From NCBI RefSeq assembly GCF_009914755.1, contig NC_060930.1: DNA of 64,000 nt, one strand, 5' to 3'. The notes beneath the pieces were generated by a model. It saw nothing but the letters and a program-made list of their open reading frames with translations, did not search any database and was not told the origin of the DNA. The position numbers were made by a program, and so were the translations under genes. Origin of the DNA: the human T2T-CHM13v2.0 reference genome, Homo sapiens. Of the stretch, positions 11,126-37,988 are shown piece after piece (positions within the stretch are counted from its first letter, which is position 1; the number at the start of each line of letters is the position of its first letter).

Positions 11126-12860
11126 TTATTAATCATATATACTCGTTAAAAATAAATAGTAGATAGTAAATGTCAGCCACTCACAACTATGCTATAAATC
11201 TCAGAGTTAGTGAACATGTCCCTTAACCCAAATAGTTAACATTTTCTCAACTACAAGTCCCTGAGAGTCCTTTAATAAATTACTATTTTCCCTAAATTAT
11301 ATGTGGAAAATTATATGTAAAATAATCTTCCTATTAAATAGGGTATCATATTATCTCATCTTCCTCAACCAATCCAGTAGCTGGTGCAGGTCTCCCCAGC
11401 TTAGGCATAATTTGTTTCAGTTGTACCAATACATGAAGAAGTTAAATTCCTTCCACATGCTTGGTGTCAGCTCTCCTAAGCACCTGTGCTTCTGTGATCT
11501 TTCTGAGATGAACATGCGTGAGTTCTGTGCTCACAGCTGCAAATAAAGACAAACTCTGAGGATCTGCCTGACTCTGGGTTCCATAACCTCCACTGTTTCT
11601 AACAGTTTGAAATTTGGTTAAATAAAAAGGATATCTGACAGTGAATAAATGAATATAAATAAAATTTAAATGGTATTCTACTCCAGGCACTGTTCTTGTC
11701 ATTGCTTGAATTTTGTGACTCTGAGTGAGGTGAAATGCCTTCCAAGGAGTCACAGATCCCAGCCACAGCTGGACAAAACAAGGCAGGTTTAGAGCCAGCA
11801 GACACACAGGCCGCTCATGCAAAACACGGATTTGCTTTCAGCGAACTCAGCGAACCGAGTCCCCACGTGCCAACTCCTGGGCACTGCCCAGCTTCTCCAG
11901 CATGTCACCATGTGCTCCGGGGCCACCGCGTCCCTGAAGGCTCCATCGTCGGACGGTTCTACAATAGCTTCTTTCTATACCCAACACAAACCCGTCATTG
12001 CAGGAAGTCCCTAGAGCACCAGCCCACCTCAAGGATGGACAGCGGAGGCCAGGTAAGAAAGCCGAAAATCAACAAGGAACGCTGGGCTCCATGAAGGAGG
12101 GGCCATGTGGCTGTTTCTACAGGGACCCTCAGGGTCACACAGAGACTTGTTCCAGGGCCAGGGGACACCATGCACTTTGGCTGCAGGACCCGGTGGGCTG
12201 GAAGAGTGTCTTCCGGGCAGACTTCAGAGACCCCCCGTAAGGAGTGTTGTCCTAAGGCCAATGCGCTGGAGGCACCGAGGGCGTTCAAAGACTGCAGAGG
12301 CTCTATTGCCTTTTCCTGAACAATGGCCAGTGCAGCCCTCACACAAAGGGGTCCCCCTCACTGCTGCTGCAGACCAGCACCAGGACAAGGGCGATGGGTG
12401 GGTCAGTGCTAGACAGCATGCGGGAAATGACTGTGTCATCTCAGCCTTGGGAGCGTCCCTCCAGGAGGGGTCCAGGACAGGAGGAAGGAAGCTCTCTCTC
12501 TCCAGCACTGACACAGAGAGGCCTTGTGGCTGCTTCATCGTCATGGAACCAGACACTTCCTGTCACCCAGGACGGAAGATGCATTTGCAGGAACAAACAT
12601 TTGAAATTCCAGATAAGTCCTCAAGTGGGGTGAGGGGTGGCGATGGAGGAGAGTCATTCTTAAGGAGAATGAAGCTTTAGTTTAGCGACTAAAGTCATCG
12701 ATTTGCTGTTCTGTCCCGGTGTGTGCCCTGCCCTTGCTTAGGAGACTGTAGCCAAAAGAAAAACAGAAATAAAGTGGAATTAAAAATTCAAAAATAGAAA
12801 TTAAAAGATTGACTAGAGCATTATTTCTATAAGAATATTCTGATTTCAGTAAGAACTCTC

Positions 12861-13201
<341 letters not shown>

Positions 13202-15406
13202 TCATTTCTTGCTGGGGATGAAGAAGAAGCGCCATGGAAGAGTCTCCGGTTTTCTTGGAGCCCGTTGTTGCTGTCGCCTGTGACAGCGGCCAGCGACCGG
13301 GGCCTCCGGAGGCCGAGCAGCCTGGAGTTCTGCATCCTCCTGTGGCAGCCGCCTGTGTGGGCCTCTCTCACAGGCATGGAGTCCCCATGCCCAGACCCTG
13401 GGCCAGGCCCCTTCTCTGGAACTTCAGCCTCCCAGAGAACGGGTCTTTCTAAAACACAAATGTAATTACATTCTCCCCCTACACCTCTGCTTCTGAGGAA
13501 CCGAACACACAAGGGTCCAAGGCTGGATCGTATCTAAAAGCAGAACTCTGACCCACACCTGCCCAGAAAGCCGACTCCTTTTCTGCAATACACAGCCCAG
13601 GAGGCCAGTGGCCCGGTCAGGCTCTCAGGGAGCCACATTGCCATCTTTAGTGAGAGCCCAGGAAGCTCAACAGTAACTTCTGTGACAATCAGCTCCGGAG
13701 GGCCAAGACTTGATCAGTCCTGACAGCTTCCTAATTTTTGTCCCTGCTTCCACTCGGGACCAACCAGAGAAGGCGAGATACGCCCCCAGGATGCCCGCCT
13801 CTCATTAGAGCTGTGGTGTCCCCAGAGCCTGGCCTCCAACAGGGCACAGCTGGGGCTCTGTGTGTTCACGGGAAGCTTCCCTGTTGTGAGCATCTCTGCC
13901 TGCCCAGCCCACTCACTGCGGCAAGCCCTGAATAAACAACCTTTGTTTGTCCACACCCGGCGGCCTTTGTTTATTCCACACTTCAAAGCCGGCAGTGGCT
14001 GTTCCCCTTGTCCCAGGTGGAACTGGGAGCTATGGGATGACCCACAAGTCCACACCTGGTGACTGTCCAGCTTCATTCCCGGCTCCGGGCCCGCTCTTCT
14101 CCCTGGATTGCTCCTGCACTATCTCTCTCTCTTCTTCCTTCCACTCGCCTGTCTTCCTCTCCCCACTCCCTCCGCCTGCCTCTTCCCCGACCCCCATCCA
14201 GCTCCTCACTGCCCAGCTTCACCGCCGCTTACCTCTAAGCTTTTACAGAGGTTCACTGCTTTCCGTCTCCTCAGGAAGGCCCAGTGTCAGGTAGGACTCT
14301 GCTGTCCTTGGGTTATTGATTAGCCAGCTTGTCTATCCTTTCCTGGGTCTGGTCTCCCAGCGGTTGGCAGCAGGGGCTGAGTCAGCAGCTGTGGTATTAC
14401 AGCCATGCTCTACTTTCACGAGCAGAGAGCTAAAACTCTGCTCCAGCTGGGCCCCCAAATGCAATGCTGTCCCCAAATGTGTAAGGAATGTTGAACCATG
14501 GTCCTCTTCTCTTAGCCATATTTTTGGGACCATTTACCCACCACTGCTCTTGCTATATACATAACCTGTTTTCAGAGAGGGCTGTTTTCATAATTCTTTA
14601 TCATTTCCAGGGCACCTTTTGATGTGATTGCATTTTCTACTCCAGGCCATAAAAGTTGCAGCAGCATTTAACTCAATTGAGGTAAAAATAATTTGGATAG
14701 TTGAACCAGCAAACATTTCAACTATGCAATAGCTTGATTTTATTTAGTGGGATTCAGGAGCCCAAGGCTATGTGAGGGAAGGGTTTGCAGCAGGAGGGAG
14801 GGATGAGTCTGCCTTAAGGAGCCCCAGTGCTCAGGAGAGGAGGGGAGGAGCCCCTTCCTGTCTGCACCGCCCAACCTTGACTGCACAGGCAGCCACCCAG
14901 TGAGCTCAGCACATTTGGTAACTGAGTGAATGAAAGAACACACCCTGTGTATGGCTTTCACCAGACAAGCCCCCTTTGAAAAGGGCTGTGTCTGCTAGAT
15001 AGTGGCGGGGCCCATGTGACGTGATTGAGGGCCGCGGTGTGTGAACATGCCCAGTTTACAGCATCATTTCAAAGCCTAGCAGGGCCAACTATGCAAGTGA
15101 TTGAAAAAGACAGTCAACAAATTCTTGTGGACTTTAATCTTTAAAAATAAATATACTTTTTATCAACCATTTAAAAACTAGGCACCATCACATTAAAGCC
15201 ACATGAAATCTGTATTATATAATAATTTTGCCCTTTTTTCACTGATCTTTCATTTATTCGCAGAGATTAAATACATACTTGACCCGTAAGGTGGGACGGC
15301 ATTAAATCCATTCCAGATGCGCTCCCGTTTTCCATCAGGCTTTATGTATTTAACGTTTAGGATCCAGTAACTGTACAGAACCTCGGATTCTGTCATAAGA
15401 GGGCTC

Positions 15407-15842
15407 TGCTATGGTTTGCGTGTGGTTTGTCTCCACCAAAACCTCTGCCAAAATTTGAAATTTGATCCCCAATGTGGTGGTGTTGGGAGGTGGGTCCTGG
15501 AGGTTTCTGGGTCATGGGGGCAGAACCCTCATGAATAGACCAACACAGTCCCTCAGAGCTAAGTGAGTTCTCGCTCTGGCGGAATGGCCTAGTTCCCGAG
15601 AGAGCAGGTGATTAAAAGAATGGCTTCCTCGGCTTCTGTCTCTTGCTTCTTCTCTCACCATGTGTCTCTTTACACACGCCCGGTCCCCTTCTGCTTTCTA
15701 CCGTGGGTAGAAGCAGCATAAAGGCCTTATCAGATGCCACTGCCTGTCTAACTTTCCAGCCATGCATATCATGAGCCAAATAAGCCTTTTTTCTTTTTCA
15801 ATTACCCAGTTCTGTTACAGCAACACAAAATGGACCAAGACA
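15407..15842 (+). mobile_element. MST-type MaLR solo LTR
   Basis: TGCTATGGTTTG…AATTACCCAG…GCAACACAAAATGGACCAAGACA; 5-bp TSD GGCTC/GGCTT. Confidence 0.85.
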
Positions 15843-18427
15843 GGCTTTAATTATTCTACAAGCTGGAGCAAGAGGATGTAGAGAGAAAACTTTGCTGGGG
15901 TGCCCGCTTATATTCCTGAATTTGATCAGTAATGATACGCTCTGTTTTCTTCAATGATAACGTATGATTTGCTAAAGTAGGTTGGGACATTTTCCCTAAT
16001 ATTATAATTAAATCTTTCACAAATTCTTATAATTTAGAATTCCTGACATATTTTTTACTTTAGCTTAACTTTAATTCTTTATCCTTTCATTTTAGGATAG
16101 AAGAGGATAGGATATTTTAGGATAGAAAGGATAAAGAGCAACTTTATCCTGTTATTTTTATTTTTGTTAAAATATTTTTATTGTAAGCATGCTAGAAGTT
16201 AGTTCTAAAGACCCCGGAAGTCAAATTCTACATTGTCTACTTTTTAATCACTTGAGAGAGAGGGAAACAGCTCCTCTGTCTTCCAACGCACTTGAAGTCT
16301 GCCCCCGTCATCTAATCAATCACACCCCCTCAAATGACAGGCCACGCTCTGCCTTAGTGGGCTTCCTGGTTCATTTCTGCTTCTGTGTGAGTGGTTACAA
16401 TTATGTCTGTTTAGAGGAAAAATATGCACAGAACATAAGACATTCAGGAGACGAATGTTCACCACAGGGCATCTCCATCCATCCTCTTTCTGCGCGCCTG
16501 CCTGGGCCACCTGGCCTTCTTGCAATATCCCTGTTCTCTGAATTCACAGTGCTTAAGACTCTGCCACGCCCATCAGCACCCTGTCGTCAGCCCTCTCAAA
16601 AACGGGCTTCTTATGACTGGCGTTCTAATTGTTAACTGTGTTTTAAAGCATTTCCCCAGGCTGCTATCTGCCCTGGGCCTGCACGTGGCATCTGCCCGCT
16701 CTTCCTGGTGGTGCCTGGGCGATGTTTGCAGATGGGTCAGGGAGGCTCACCAACTCTGCACACTATAGGGAGGCCATAACCTGGGCCGACTCACCCCTTG
16801 CCCCTACTGTGGGGAGCACAGACAGATGTGGGTCCCATTTTCAAACTGCCAGCTTACGCCTCCTTCCAAATCCTGAGGAGCTATCAGCTTCATTTGATGA
16901 AGGAGGAAGCCGACTCAGCCAGGCTATGAGGAGGCCAGGCGGGATGGGAACTGGAGACAGAGCTGTCCTCCTGTCCTGGGCTGCCTGGTCCCGCAGAACA
17001 CTGAGCGGAGGCAAGGAGCCAGGGTGCCGGGTAGACGGGGCAGGAGGGCTAGGGAACCCTCCGAGGACCCCCATGGAATCTGTGAGAATTCTACTTCTTT
17101 ACTCCAAAGCTACTGGAGAGTAGAAGAGCACTGGCAAGGCCTTGGGCCTCAGGCAAACTGAAATGCATGTTTGGGCCTCCACAGTTAAAATGGGGGAGAA
17201 AGAGAGAGCATGAGAGAGGGAGAGAGAGAGAAAGCAAAAGCCAGAGAGCACATTATTGAGGAAGAGAGAGAGGATGGAGAGACAAGGGAAGGAGAACGAT
17301 TGATTGATTGATTGATTTGGACTGTCAGATCACTGAGGACCCTTCCTGCCCCCGATGCAACGGCTGCATTTTGTCTGGAGTCTGCATGGTTCTCCTGGTC
17401 AGCTTGCAGGACTGTGCGGAGCAGGAAGGAATTCGCTTGGCTGGAATGCACCCCTCCGGGCTGCAGGTTGGAAGCTGAATGTCTAGGAAACCACGCCTAG
17501 CTTTCTAAAAGACGGGCACTGTCAGAAAACCCTGAGGAGCCCAGACCCACTGCACTCACTCTCCTTATGGGCTGATTCCCTGTGATCTTGGCCTGCAACA
17601 CGGAGTCGGAGCTGCCTAGAGTTGTGATACAAGCTAGGTCACCACGGAGGATGAACAGGAAGTTTGCACTTTCTGGAGAGTGCACTCAAGCTCCTGCGAA
17701 AAGCACCAATGAGTGAGCAGAATGTGTGACTCAATGGAACTTCCTAGCCACGTCTTCAGCCCGGTAGCTACAAAAACATGCGTGGACTGAGGCTGCGCCC
17801 ACAGTCCTCAGTGAGGACGAGGACTCAGGCTACGGGGCTGTCGTCACAGCCTCACCTGCTAAGTGGTCCTGGAGAAGCCACGCTTCATTATAAAAATGTT
17901 GTCATTTTTATAAAATACCCTGTGAATTAACTTTTACAATAACACCCCCATCCATGAGTGGGTTTGAATCATCCTTTTAAATTTCAATGCAGGTGTTTAG
18001 AAAGCTTGAGGAAGATTCTGGCCTTCTGTTAGGAAGCAGATTTCAGGAAGGGCAGGTGAAATTGCACACAGACGAGCTCAATGGGTGTTTGAATCTGTCT
18101 GCTCTGACCCCTGGGAAATGCTTGCATTTTCTCGTGGTGTGCACAGAGAACAGACCCTGCCTCCACTGTCTTCACTGTCAGGGAGCTAAGCAGCAGCCTC
18201 CCCTCACCTACGCTTTGTTCCAGACGTGAAGTTCCTTACAGGCATCTCAAACCAACTCCTTGTTCCAGGAATATTTCACGCCTCCTTCCAAATCTACTCC
18301 TGTCCTCCTCTGGTTTTCTGACTGGCTTCCTCCCAACGATCTTGCCCCACTGCATCAGCCCTGAGGGGCCCAGGACGTCTGCGGGGACTTCAACGGCCTT
18401 CTCCACCTTCATGTAAAATTCTTTTAA

Positions 18428-18905
<478 letters not shown>

Positions 18906-19085
18906 TATGCTTTACTTTTTATACTAAAACCAGAGTTTAGTCTCTACTCACTTATAAGATGCCTTCCCCGCCCAAAGCTGGCACGTGCCCTGTGATGGGC
19001 AGGCATGATGATTATGGTGACCCTACCATGTGCCACACAAGGAATCAGGGAGGAAGAGGTTAAAAGAGGGAAAAAAAATGTTCCT

Positions 19086-19091
19086 TTTATT
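19086..19091 (-). promoter_or_regulatory. DACT2: Poly(A) signal of canonical DACT2 mRNA
   Basis: AATAAA on the minus strand about 500 nt downstream of the stop codon, followed by a U/C-rich downstream element. Confidence 0.8.
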
Positions 19092-19587
19092 TGAGATCAT
19101 GGCATAATTTGGGTGTTTGTGTATGCTGACAGCTTAACGTGGAGTTTAAACTCAAATTCAATTTCCAGCTCAGAGTCCTGCAACCGCCTCTTTAAAATGC
19201 TTTTGGGGAGGAATGGTCAAAGGATTGGGAAACACTTCCCCAGCCAGAGGGGAGTGAGGGCAGGGGAAGCCATGGGAGGATGACAACATGGAAACAAGGT
19301 GCATGCCGGGAAGCAGCATCCTGGGCAGACCTTGAAAAGAGACACTAGGTCGGCCGGGGAGGCTGCTGGCATCTGAAACCAGAGCTCCGCATGGAAGTCT
19401 TTGCTGGGGCGGGGACTCACGGCCATACTCCACAGGGCAGAACCCATCTGCGGGGACTCCTGTTAAACGGTGGCCTCGGAAGATAAAGCGACTTGGCAAG
19501 ACGACACTGAAACCCAGACATGCACAGGACACTGCATGGAAAGGGCCCCTGTGTGCAGCAGGCTTCTCTTGACGCAGTCACTGCACC

Positions 19588-30401
<10,814 letters not shown>

Positions 30402-30810
30402 CTCCCGGGCAGGGTCCCGGCCTCCCGAACCCCACGAGCGGCGCCGAAGGCCCAGCGCGCGCGGATCCCGAGCTGTGTCGCGGGTCCTCCTGCGCCTCCT
30501 CTCTCCGCCCCCGGCTCCGCAGGTCGCCAAGGTGGGCTGGAATCTGTGGCCAGGCGCGGAGGGCGGGGTCTGCACGCGCCCCGAGGTCACCGCGGCCTCC
30601 CCCGGACCCGCCCCGCCGACCCCCCAGGGCCCCTCGCCGGCTGCGGGCAGGGCGGGCGCACCCAGACCCCGGGGCCAGCTGAGCGCCTCCGTGACTTCAG
30701 CGGGGAGGGCCAGCCGGGAGGAGGAGCCCGGGGGAGAGGAGCAAAGAGGCGCAAGTGGAACAAAGGCGGAGAAAGGGCTCGTTAAGGTTTTAAAATGTTT
30801 ATAAAGATAA

Positions 30811-31194
<384 letters not shown>

Positions 31195-32381
31195 TAAAAT
31201 AATTGCTTAAGATGCAGTTCACATACCATAAAACTCACCTAATTTAAGGTGTACAGTTCGTTTTTAGTATATTAACGAAGTTGTGTTCACCACCCCCAAA
31301 AGAAACCCTGTTCTCATCAGTAGCTATCCCCATTCCCTCTCCTGCACCCCCACACATAGAACCACCACCCCGCAGGTTCTGGAAGTTCATGGAAATGGGG
31401 TCACACGCCAGGAGGTCTCTGTGGGGGCTCCTTTTGGTGAGCGTTTTCAAGGTGCGTCTGTGCTGCAGATTGCGTCAGAACTGTATTCCTTTGTGTGGCT
31501 GAATAATACTCCACTGCATGGCTGTGCCAAGTTTTGTTTATCCATTCATCTGCTGATGACATGTGAGTTGTTCCATTTTTTAGCGATTACGAATAACGCT
31601 GCAAGGACATTCCTGTATGAGTTTTTGTGTGGCAATATGTTTTCATTATACCTAAGAGAGGAATGGCTGGATCGTAGGTGACTACCGTGCTTAACCTTGT
31701 GAGGAGCTGCCAGGCTGCTTTCCAAGTGGAATCACAGCAGCCAGCGGGGTATGAGGGTTCCATTTCCTCAGTGTGCACACCAACCGCTGTCTTTAGTCCA
31801 GCAGATGTGAAGTGGTATCTCCCTGTGGTTTTGATTTGTGTTTCCCCGATGGCTAAGGACGTTGAGCATCTTTTCATGTGCTTGTTGTATACTTCCTTTG
31901 GAGAACTGTCTATTCAGATCCTTGGCCCATTTTAAAATTTAGGTTGTCTTTTCGTTATTGAGATGTGAGTATTCATTATACAATTCCCTTATCAGACATG
32001 ATTTGCACTTCCCTTATGAAATACATGATTGACAAATAATTTTTCCAAGTTGTGAGTTTTTTTCATGTTCTTGATAGTGTCCTTTGCAGCAAAAAATGTT
32101 TGTAATTTTGGTGAATTCCAGTTTATCTACTTTGTTGTTGTTCCTTATGCTTTGGGTGATCTAACAGAGCATTGTCTAATCCAAAGACAAAGTTTACAGC
32201 TATGATTTCTAAGATTTTGCTGTAGACTTAGCACTTACATTTAAGCCTTTGTTCTATTTTGCATTAATTTCTGTATATGGTGTGAGGTAGGGGCCCCTTC
32301 TTTTACATACCCAGTTGTCCTAGTACCATTTGTTGAAAAAACAATTCTTTCCCTGTTGAATTGTCTTGGGACCCTTGTTGA

Positions 32382-33007
<626 letters not shown>

Positions 33008-33355
33008 GTGTCTTTTGATTTCTATATGAATTTTAGTATCAGCTTGTCAATTTCAGCAAAGAAGTCATCTGGGATTTGGATGGGAATTGCAACTAAATTT
33101 GTTTACCTATTGCAGGTATTGCTACCTTAAGATTAAATCTTCTGAACCATAAACATAGGATGTCTTTCCACTTATTTAGGTCTTCATTAATTTCTTTCGA
33201 CAGTGCTTTGTAGTTTTCAGCATAGAAGTCTTGTACTTGCTTAATTTATTTCTAAGTATTTTATTATTTTTGACACAATTGTACATGGAATTGTTTTCTA
33301 GTTTTATTTTCAGAACATTCATTGTTAGTGTATAAAAATTAAATATTGATTGGAA

Positions 33356-33655
33356 GGCCAGGCATAGTGGCACACACCTGTAATCCCAGCACTTTGGGAG
33401 GCAGAGGCACGTGGATCATTTGAGCTGAGGCATTCCAGAGCAGCCTGGGTAACATGGCAAAACCCTGCCTCTACCAAAAATACAAAAATAGCCAGGGTAT
33501 GGTGGCATGCACCTGTAGTTTCAGCTACTCAGGAGGGAGGCTGAGGCTAGAGGATCCATTGAACCCAGGAGGTCATGGTTACAGTGAGCTGTGTTTGCAC
33601 CACTGAACTCCAGCCAGACAACAGAGTGAGACCCTGTCTCAAAAAGAAAAAAAAA
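33356..33655 (+). mobile_element. AluJ
   Basis: Diverged full-length sense Alu with A tail. Confidence 0.9.
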
Positions 33656-34719
33656 GATTCTTGTATATTGATTCCTACAACTCTGCTGAACTTGTTTATT
33701 AGTTCTAATAGTTGTGTGTGTGTGTGGGTGTGTGTGTGTGCATGTGAATTTATTTGTACTTTCTACCTAGAAGCTCATGTCATCTGGAAATAGAGACAGT
33801 TTTACTGCTTTCTTTCCAGGATGGGTACCTTTTACTTCTTTTACCTGCCAAGTTGTTCTGGCTACAACATCTAACACCATGTTGAACAGAAAGGGCCAAA
33901 GAAAACATTCAGTCTTTCCTGTTAAGTATGACGTCAGCTGTGGGTTTGTCTTAGATGCCTTTTAAAGATAGAGAGAGATGAAGATAGTGACAGAGAGAGA
34001 GACAGACTGGAGGTGAGCCCTTTATCAGTTATGTCTTCTCCCTGTATGTGAGCTCTCTGAATCGTGTCCTTTGGTAAACAGAAGGTCTTAATTTTTACAT
34101 AGTCTTATTTATTATTAATCTTTTTGTGCCCTTTTGAAGAAATGTTTACTCACCCAGGTTATTGAAGACATTACCTAATGCTGTCTTCTAGAAACCTTAT
34201 CATTTTGCCTTTCTTATCTAGATCTATAATCCACCCAGAATGGCTTTTCATGTGCTGTATTTGGAGGAGGTGTCACAATTTACTTGTTTTTAAGCACATA
34301 TTCCAGTGCAATATTTATTGAAAAATCTTGTCCTTTTTGAACTCTTGCATGTTGCCGCCACCTTTGTCCTGAGTAAAATATCTGTGTGTTTTCCGGAATG
34401 TTCTGGGTCTTAGTCTCCATGTGGCTAGTGCATCTGTCTGTTCTTGCACTTGTCATAATTGTTTTGTCTTTAAAAGAAATGCTGATATTTTGTAGAGCAA
34501 GTTCTCCCACCATATTTTTCAAGGGTGTCTTGAATATCTTTGGTACTTTGCTATATTACATAAAATTTAGAATCAGCAAGGAAATAAATACCAGAAGTCT
34601 ACTGTATTTTGATAAGACTCCATTGACTCTGTAGTCCATCCGGGGAGAAATTACATCTTTACAATCTTGAACATTCTATTACTAATCCACAGACAAGGAA
34701 TACCCCTTTATTTATAAAA

Positions 34720-35105
34720 GTTTTCTTCTTTTTCTTAATACTTTTAGGTTCAGGATACATAGGCAGATTTGTTGTATAGGTGAATTGCATGCCACAGGGA
34801 TTTGGCATACAGATTATTTTGTCACCCGGGTAATAAGCATAGCACTGGATATATAGTTTTTCCTTCCTCACCCTTCTCCCACCCTCTACTCTCAAATCGG
34901 CCTTGGGGCCTGTTGTCTTCTTTATGTGCGCGTGTATCTGATGTTTAGCTCTCACTTGTAAGTGAGAACATGTGGTATTTGGTTTTCTGTTCCTGTATGA
35001 GTTCACTTAGGATAATGGCCTCCAGCTCTGTCCATGTTGCTGCAAAGGACATGATCTAGTTCTTTTTTATGTCTGCGTAGTGTTTCATGGTATGTATGTA
35101 CATAG
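34720..35105 (-). mobile_element. L1PA/L1PB 3' end
   Basis: TTTAGCTCTCACTTGTAAGTGAGAACATGTGGTATTTGGTTTTCTGTTCC…GATAATGGCCTCCAGCTC. Confidence 0.85.
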
Positions 35106-35243
35106 ACGTTTCTTTTAATATCTCTAATTATTATTTTATAATTTTCTGTATAGAAAGATGTGGCAGTCTTGTAGAACTCTCATTAGATTTGTCCCTACTT
35201 TCTTCTCCTTCTCCTTCTCCTTCTTCTTCTTTTCTGATGCTAT

Positions 35244-35766
35244 TGTTACCAGAAAAGCAGTCTTGATTCAGACCCCAAGAGAGAGTTCTTGGATCCCATG
35301 CAGGAAGGAATTCAAGGTGAGTGGCAGAGTGCAGTGAAAGAAGCAAGTTTCTTAGATACTACTCCATTGCAGAGTTTGAGTTTGATGTCCTCATACAGCA
35401 AGTGGAGGAATTCACCTCTTCATTTTAAGTTTTTCTGCTATAGGGTCTTGCTATGTAAAGTCTATGCTAAGCTGTGACTATATGTGGGTGGGCTGACAGC
35501 AGGACAGAATTATTCTGTTGATTTAAAGAAAACTATTCTTGACATTTCAGTATGTAAGTACGTCGGAGCATTACTATAATTATCTTGAAGGCATATGTTG
35601 TTACAGGTATTGGGACACCTGGACTTTCTGTTGTGGTAGGAGTTTGTCTTGCAGGCATGACCGAGCTGTTTCCTTAGCTGTAAACATCTTAGGACCGTGA
35701 GGCAGGATGGCAGTTGGTTTTAAAATGGCGTTACACTGGCTCTCCTGGGCTCCTGATTCCCTAATG
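35244..35766 (-). mobile_element. ERV1 (MER4/MER41-group-like) solo LTR
   Basis: Begins TGTTACCAGAAAAG…CAGACCCCAAGAGAGAGTTCTTGGATC; flanked by a 4-bp TSD CTAT at 35240-35243 and 35767-35770. Confidence 0.75.
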
Positions 35767-35779
35767 CTATTGCCAGTTA

Positions 35780-37010
35780 CCTTTTAAAAATTCATTTTAT
35801 TTTGGTTGATGATAGATAAAAATACCAACAAAGAATCTAACAACTTTGCTAAACTCATTTTTTCATTTGAATCATTTATCTAGAGATTCTTTGGGATTTT
35901 TTTCCATATACATTCATATCATCTGAGATTAATGGCAGTTTTATGTCTTTATTTCTGACCCTTAAATCTTTTATTCATTTTTCTTGCTTTATTTTAGTGG
36001 CTAGCGCCCCAAAGAGAATGTTGAATGGTGATGCTATCATGCTTCCTTTTCCATGTGTCACTTTCAAGGACAGTGGGAAGCTTTTCAATATTTCATCACT
36101 GAGACGATGGTGTGTGTGCTTTGAAGATGCCCTTTATGAGATTAATAAAATAATCATCTGTTCCTAGAATGATGTTGAATTTTATCAAAGGTATTTTCTA
36201 AGATATTGAGGGAATTAAAATATTTTTCTCCTTTTTTCCCTATTTATTTCATAAATTATGCTGATTGATTTGCAAATATAAAGCCAACCCTGCATTTCTG
36301 GAATAAATCAACCTGGTTATGACATATTGTCCCACTTATATATTGCTAGATTTAGTTGGGTAGTATTTGGTTTTAAAGTTTTGCATCTATATTCCCAAGG
36401 AGATTAGCTCATAATTCTCCTTTCTTGTCTTTTTCAAGTTTTCGGAATCAATAGTATGCTGACCTCATAGAGTGAAAGCATTCCCTCTTTTGATAGTCTA
36501 TGCGAAGATGTGTGTAAGCCCCATGCCGTTTTATTCTTAAATATTTGGCAGAATTTGTTAATGAAGCCATCTCTACCTGGGATTTTTGTGTGTGAAAATT
36601 TTAATTTTGAATACAAGCTTTTAAATAGTTGTTTGATTATTCAGACTTTTTATTTTTTCATGTCAGTTTGTTGCAGATGTATTATTCCATAGGGTTTTCT
36701 TCCTTTTGTCCATGTTTTCAAGTGTGCTGGCGTCATGACCTGAGCTAGTATCTTCAGATGTCTTGTAATCTGCCGTGATACCTCCTCACATTTTTTCTAT
36801 CATTGGTTATTTGTGCTCTCTCTACATTTTGGCAACGGTTTCACAGTTTTATCAGTTTCTCAGAGAAAGAGCTATTGGCTTTGGTGGTCCTCTCTGTTGG
36901 TGTCTGCTTTCTAACTCATCCACGCGTGCTGTTTTCCTTCTCAACTTCCTTCTGCCTATTTTCTGTGGGCGTGCTTCACTGGATTATTTCCTCTAATGTC
37001 TTAAAATGAG
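35780..37010 (-). mobile_element. Old L1M fragment
   Basis: Antisense ORF2-like motifs (TTGGCAGAATTTGTTAATGAAGCCATCT; CAACCCTGCATTTCTGGAATAAATC). Confidence 0.7.
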
Positions 37011-37759
37011 TTTTTGGCTTGCTGGCTTCTCTCTCCCTTATCGGCATAGCTCAGCCCTCATTGGTGGTCGTCAGGAGCTTGTTACTGGGTAAATATTGGG
37101 TCCTCTGTATCTTAGATTGTGTCATAGCATTGACTTGGAGGAGAACCGTGGGACCACTGCCTGCATGAACTGTGTCTCCTTCAGAGCTGTCTGGGGTAAA
37201 GGATGTAACTAGCTCTGTTAGCGTAGCCTCCAGAGGAAAGGCACTGATGCAATCTCAGTTTGAGTCCTAGAATGTGAGCTTGGTCAGGAATTCCAGTGAT
37301 TGCATAGTCCTTTGTTCTGCCGTTGTCCCCTGTTCAGAAGGTCACAGGCAAAAAAACAGGTCTGGAAAAGTTAGACTTGGTTTATTTGTCTCAATCGTAC
37401 TCTCCCCTTTTGTCATATAAATTTATGTTGATTGTAGGATGTGCTGGATTTTTTGCACTCTCTCTCCTTTTCTCTCTCTCTCTCACACACACAAGATGAC
37501 ATGCACTATCACAGGTGCCTCTGAGAAAGAGTTTGGGCTCAGGGAACATTTTTGAGGCCTCCACAAGGAGGACTAAGGGTCTTCACACTGATTTGTAGGA
37601 AGGTCCCACCTCACTTCCAGATTGTGGCAATTTTACAATTTTACCAGCTTTCCGACTCCTTCACCCCACCTCCTGTTTCACTGGTCCTACCATTTACTTA
37701 CCATAAACTTGGAATCTTTGCCCATTTTATCAGAGCTTTGTTTTTCTCTCCCTACAACG

Positions 37760-37988
37760 ATAAAGAATCCCTCTTGGTGAAGGGAGGTCGGATTTTTCCT
37801 CTTCACGACTTCAACTGATTGGATGAGGGCCTCCCACATCAGGGAGGACAATTTGCTTTACTCAGAGTCCACCGATGTAAATGTTAATCTTATCTGAAAA
37901 CGCCCTCACAGAAACATCCGGAATAACATTGGACCAAATGCCTGTGGCTCAGCAGGCATTAGGTTGACACATAAAATTAATCATCACA
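37760..37988 (-). mobile_element. MLT2 (ERVL) LTR fragment
   Basis: TTCAACTGATTGGATGAGG…CTTTACTCAGAGTCCACCGATGTAAATGTTAATCT…TTGACACATAAAATTAATCATCACA. Confidence 0.8.
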
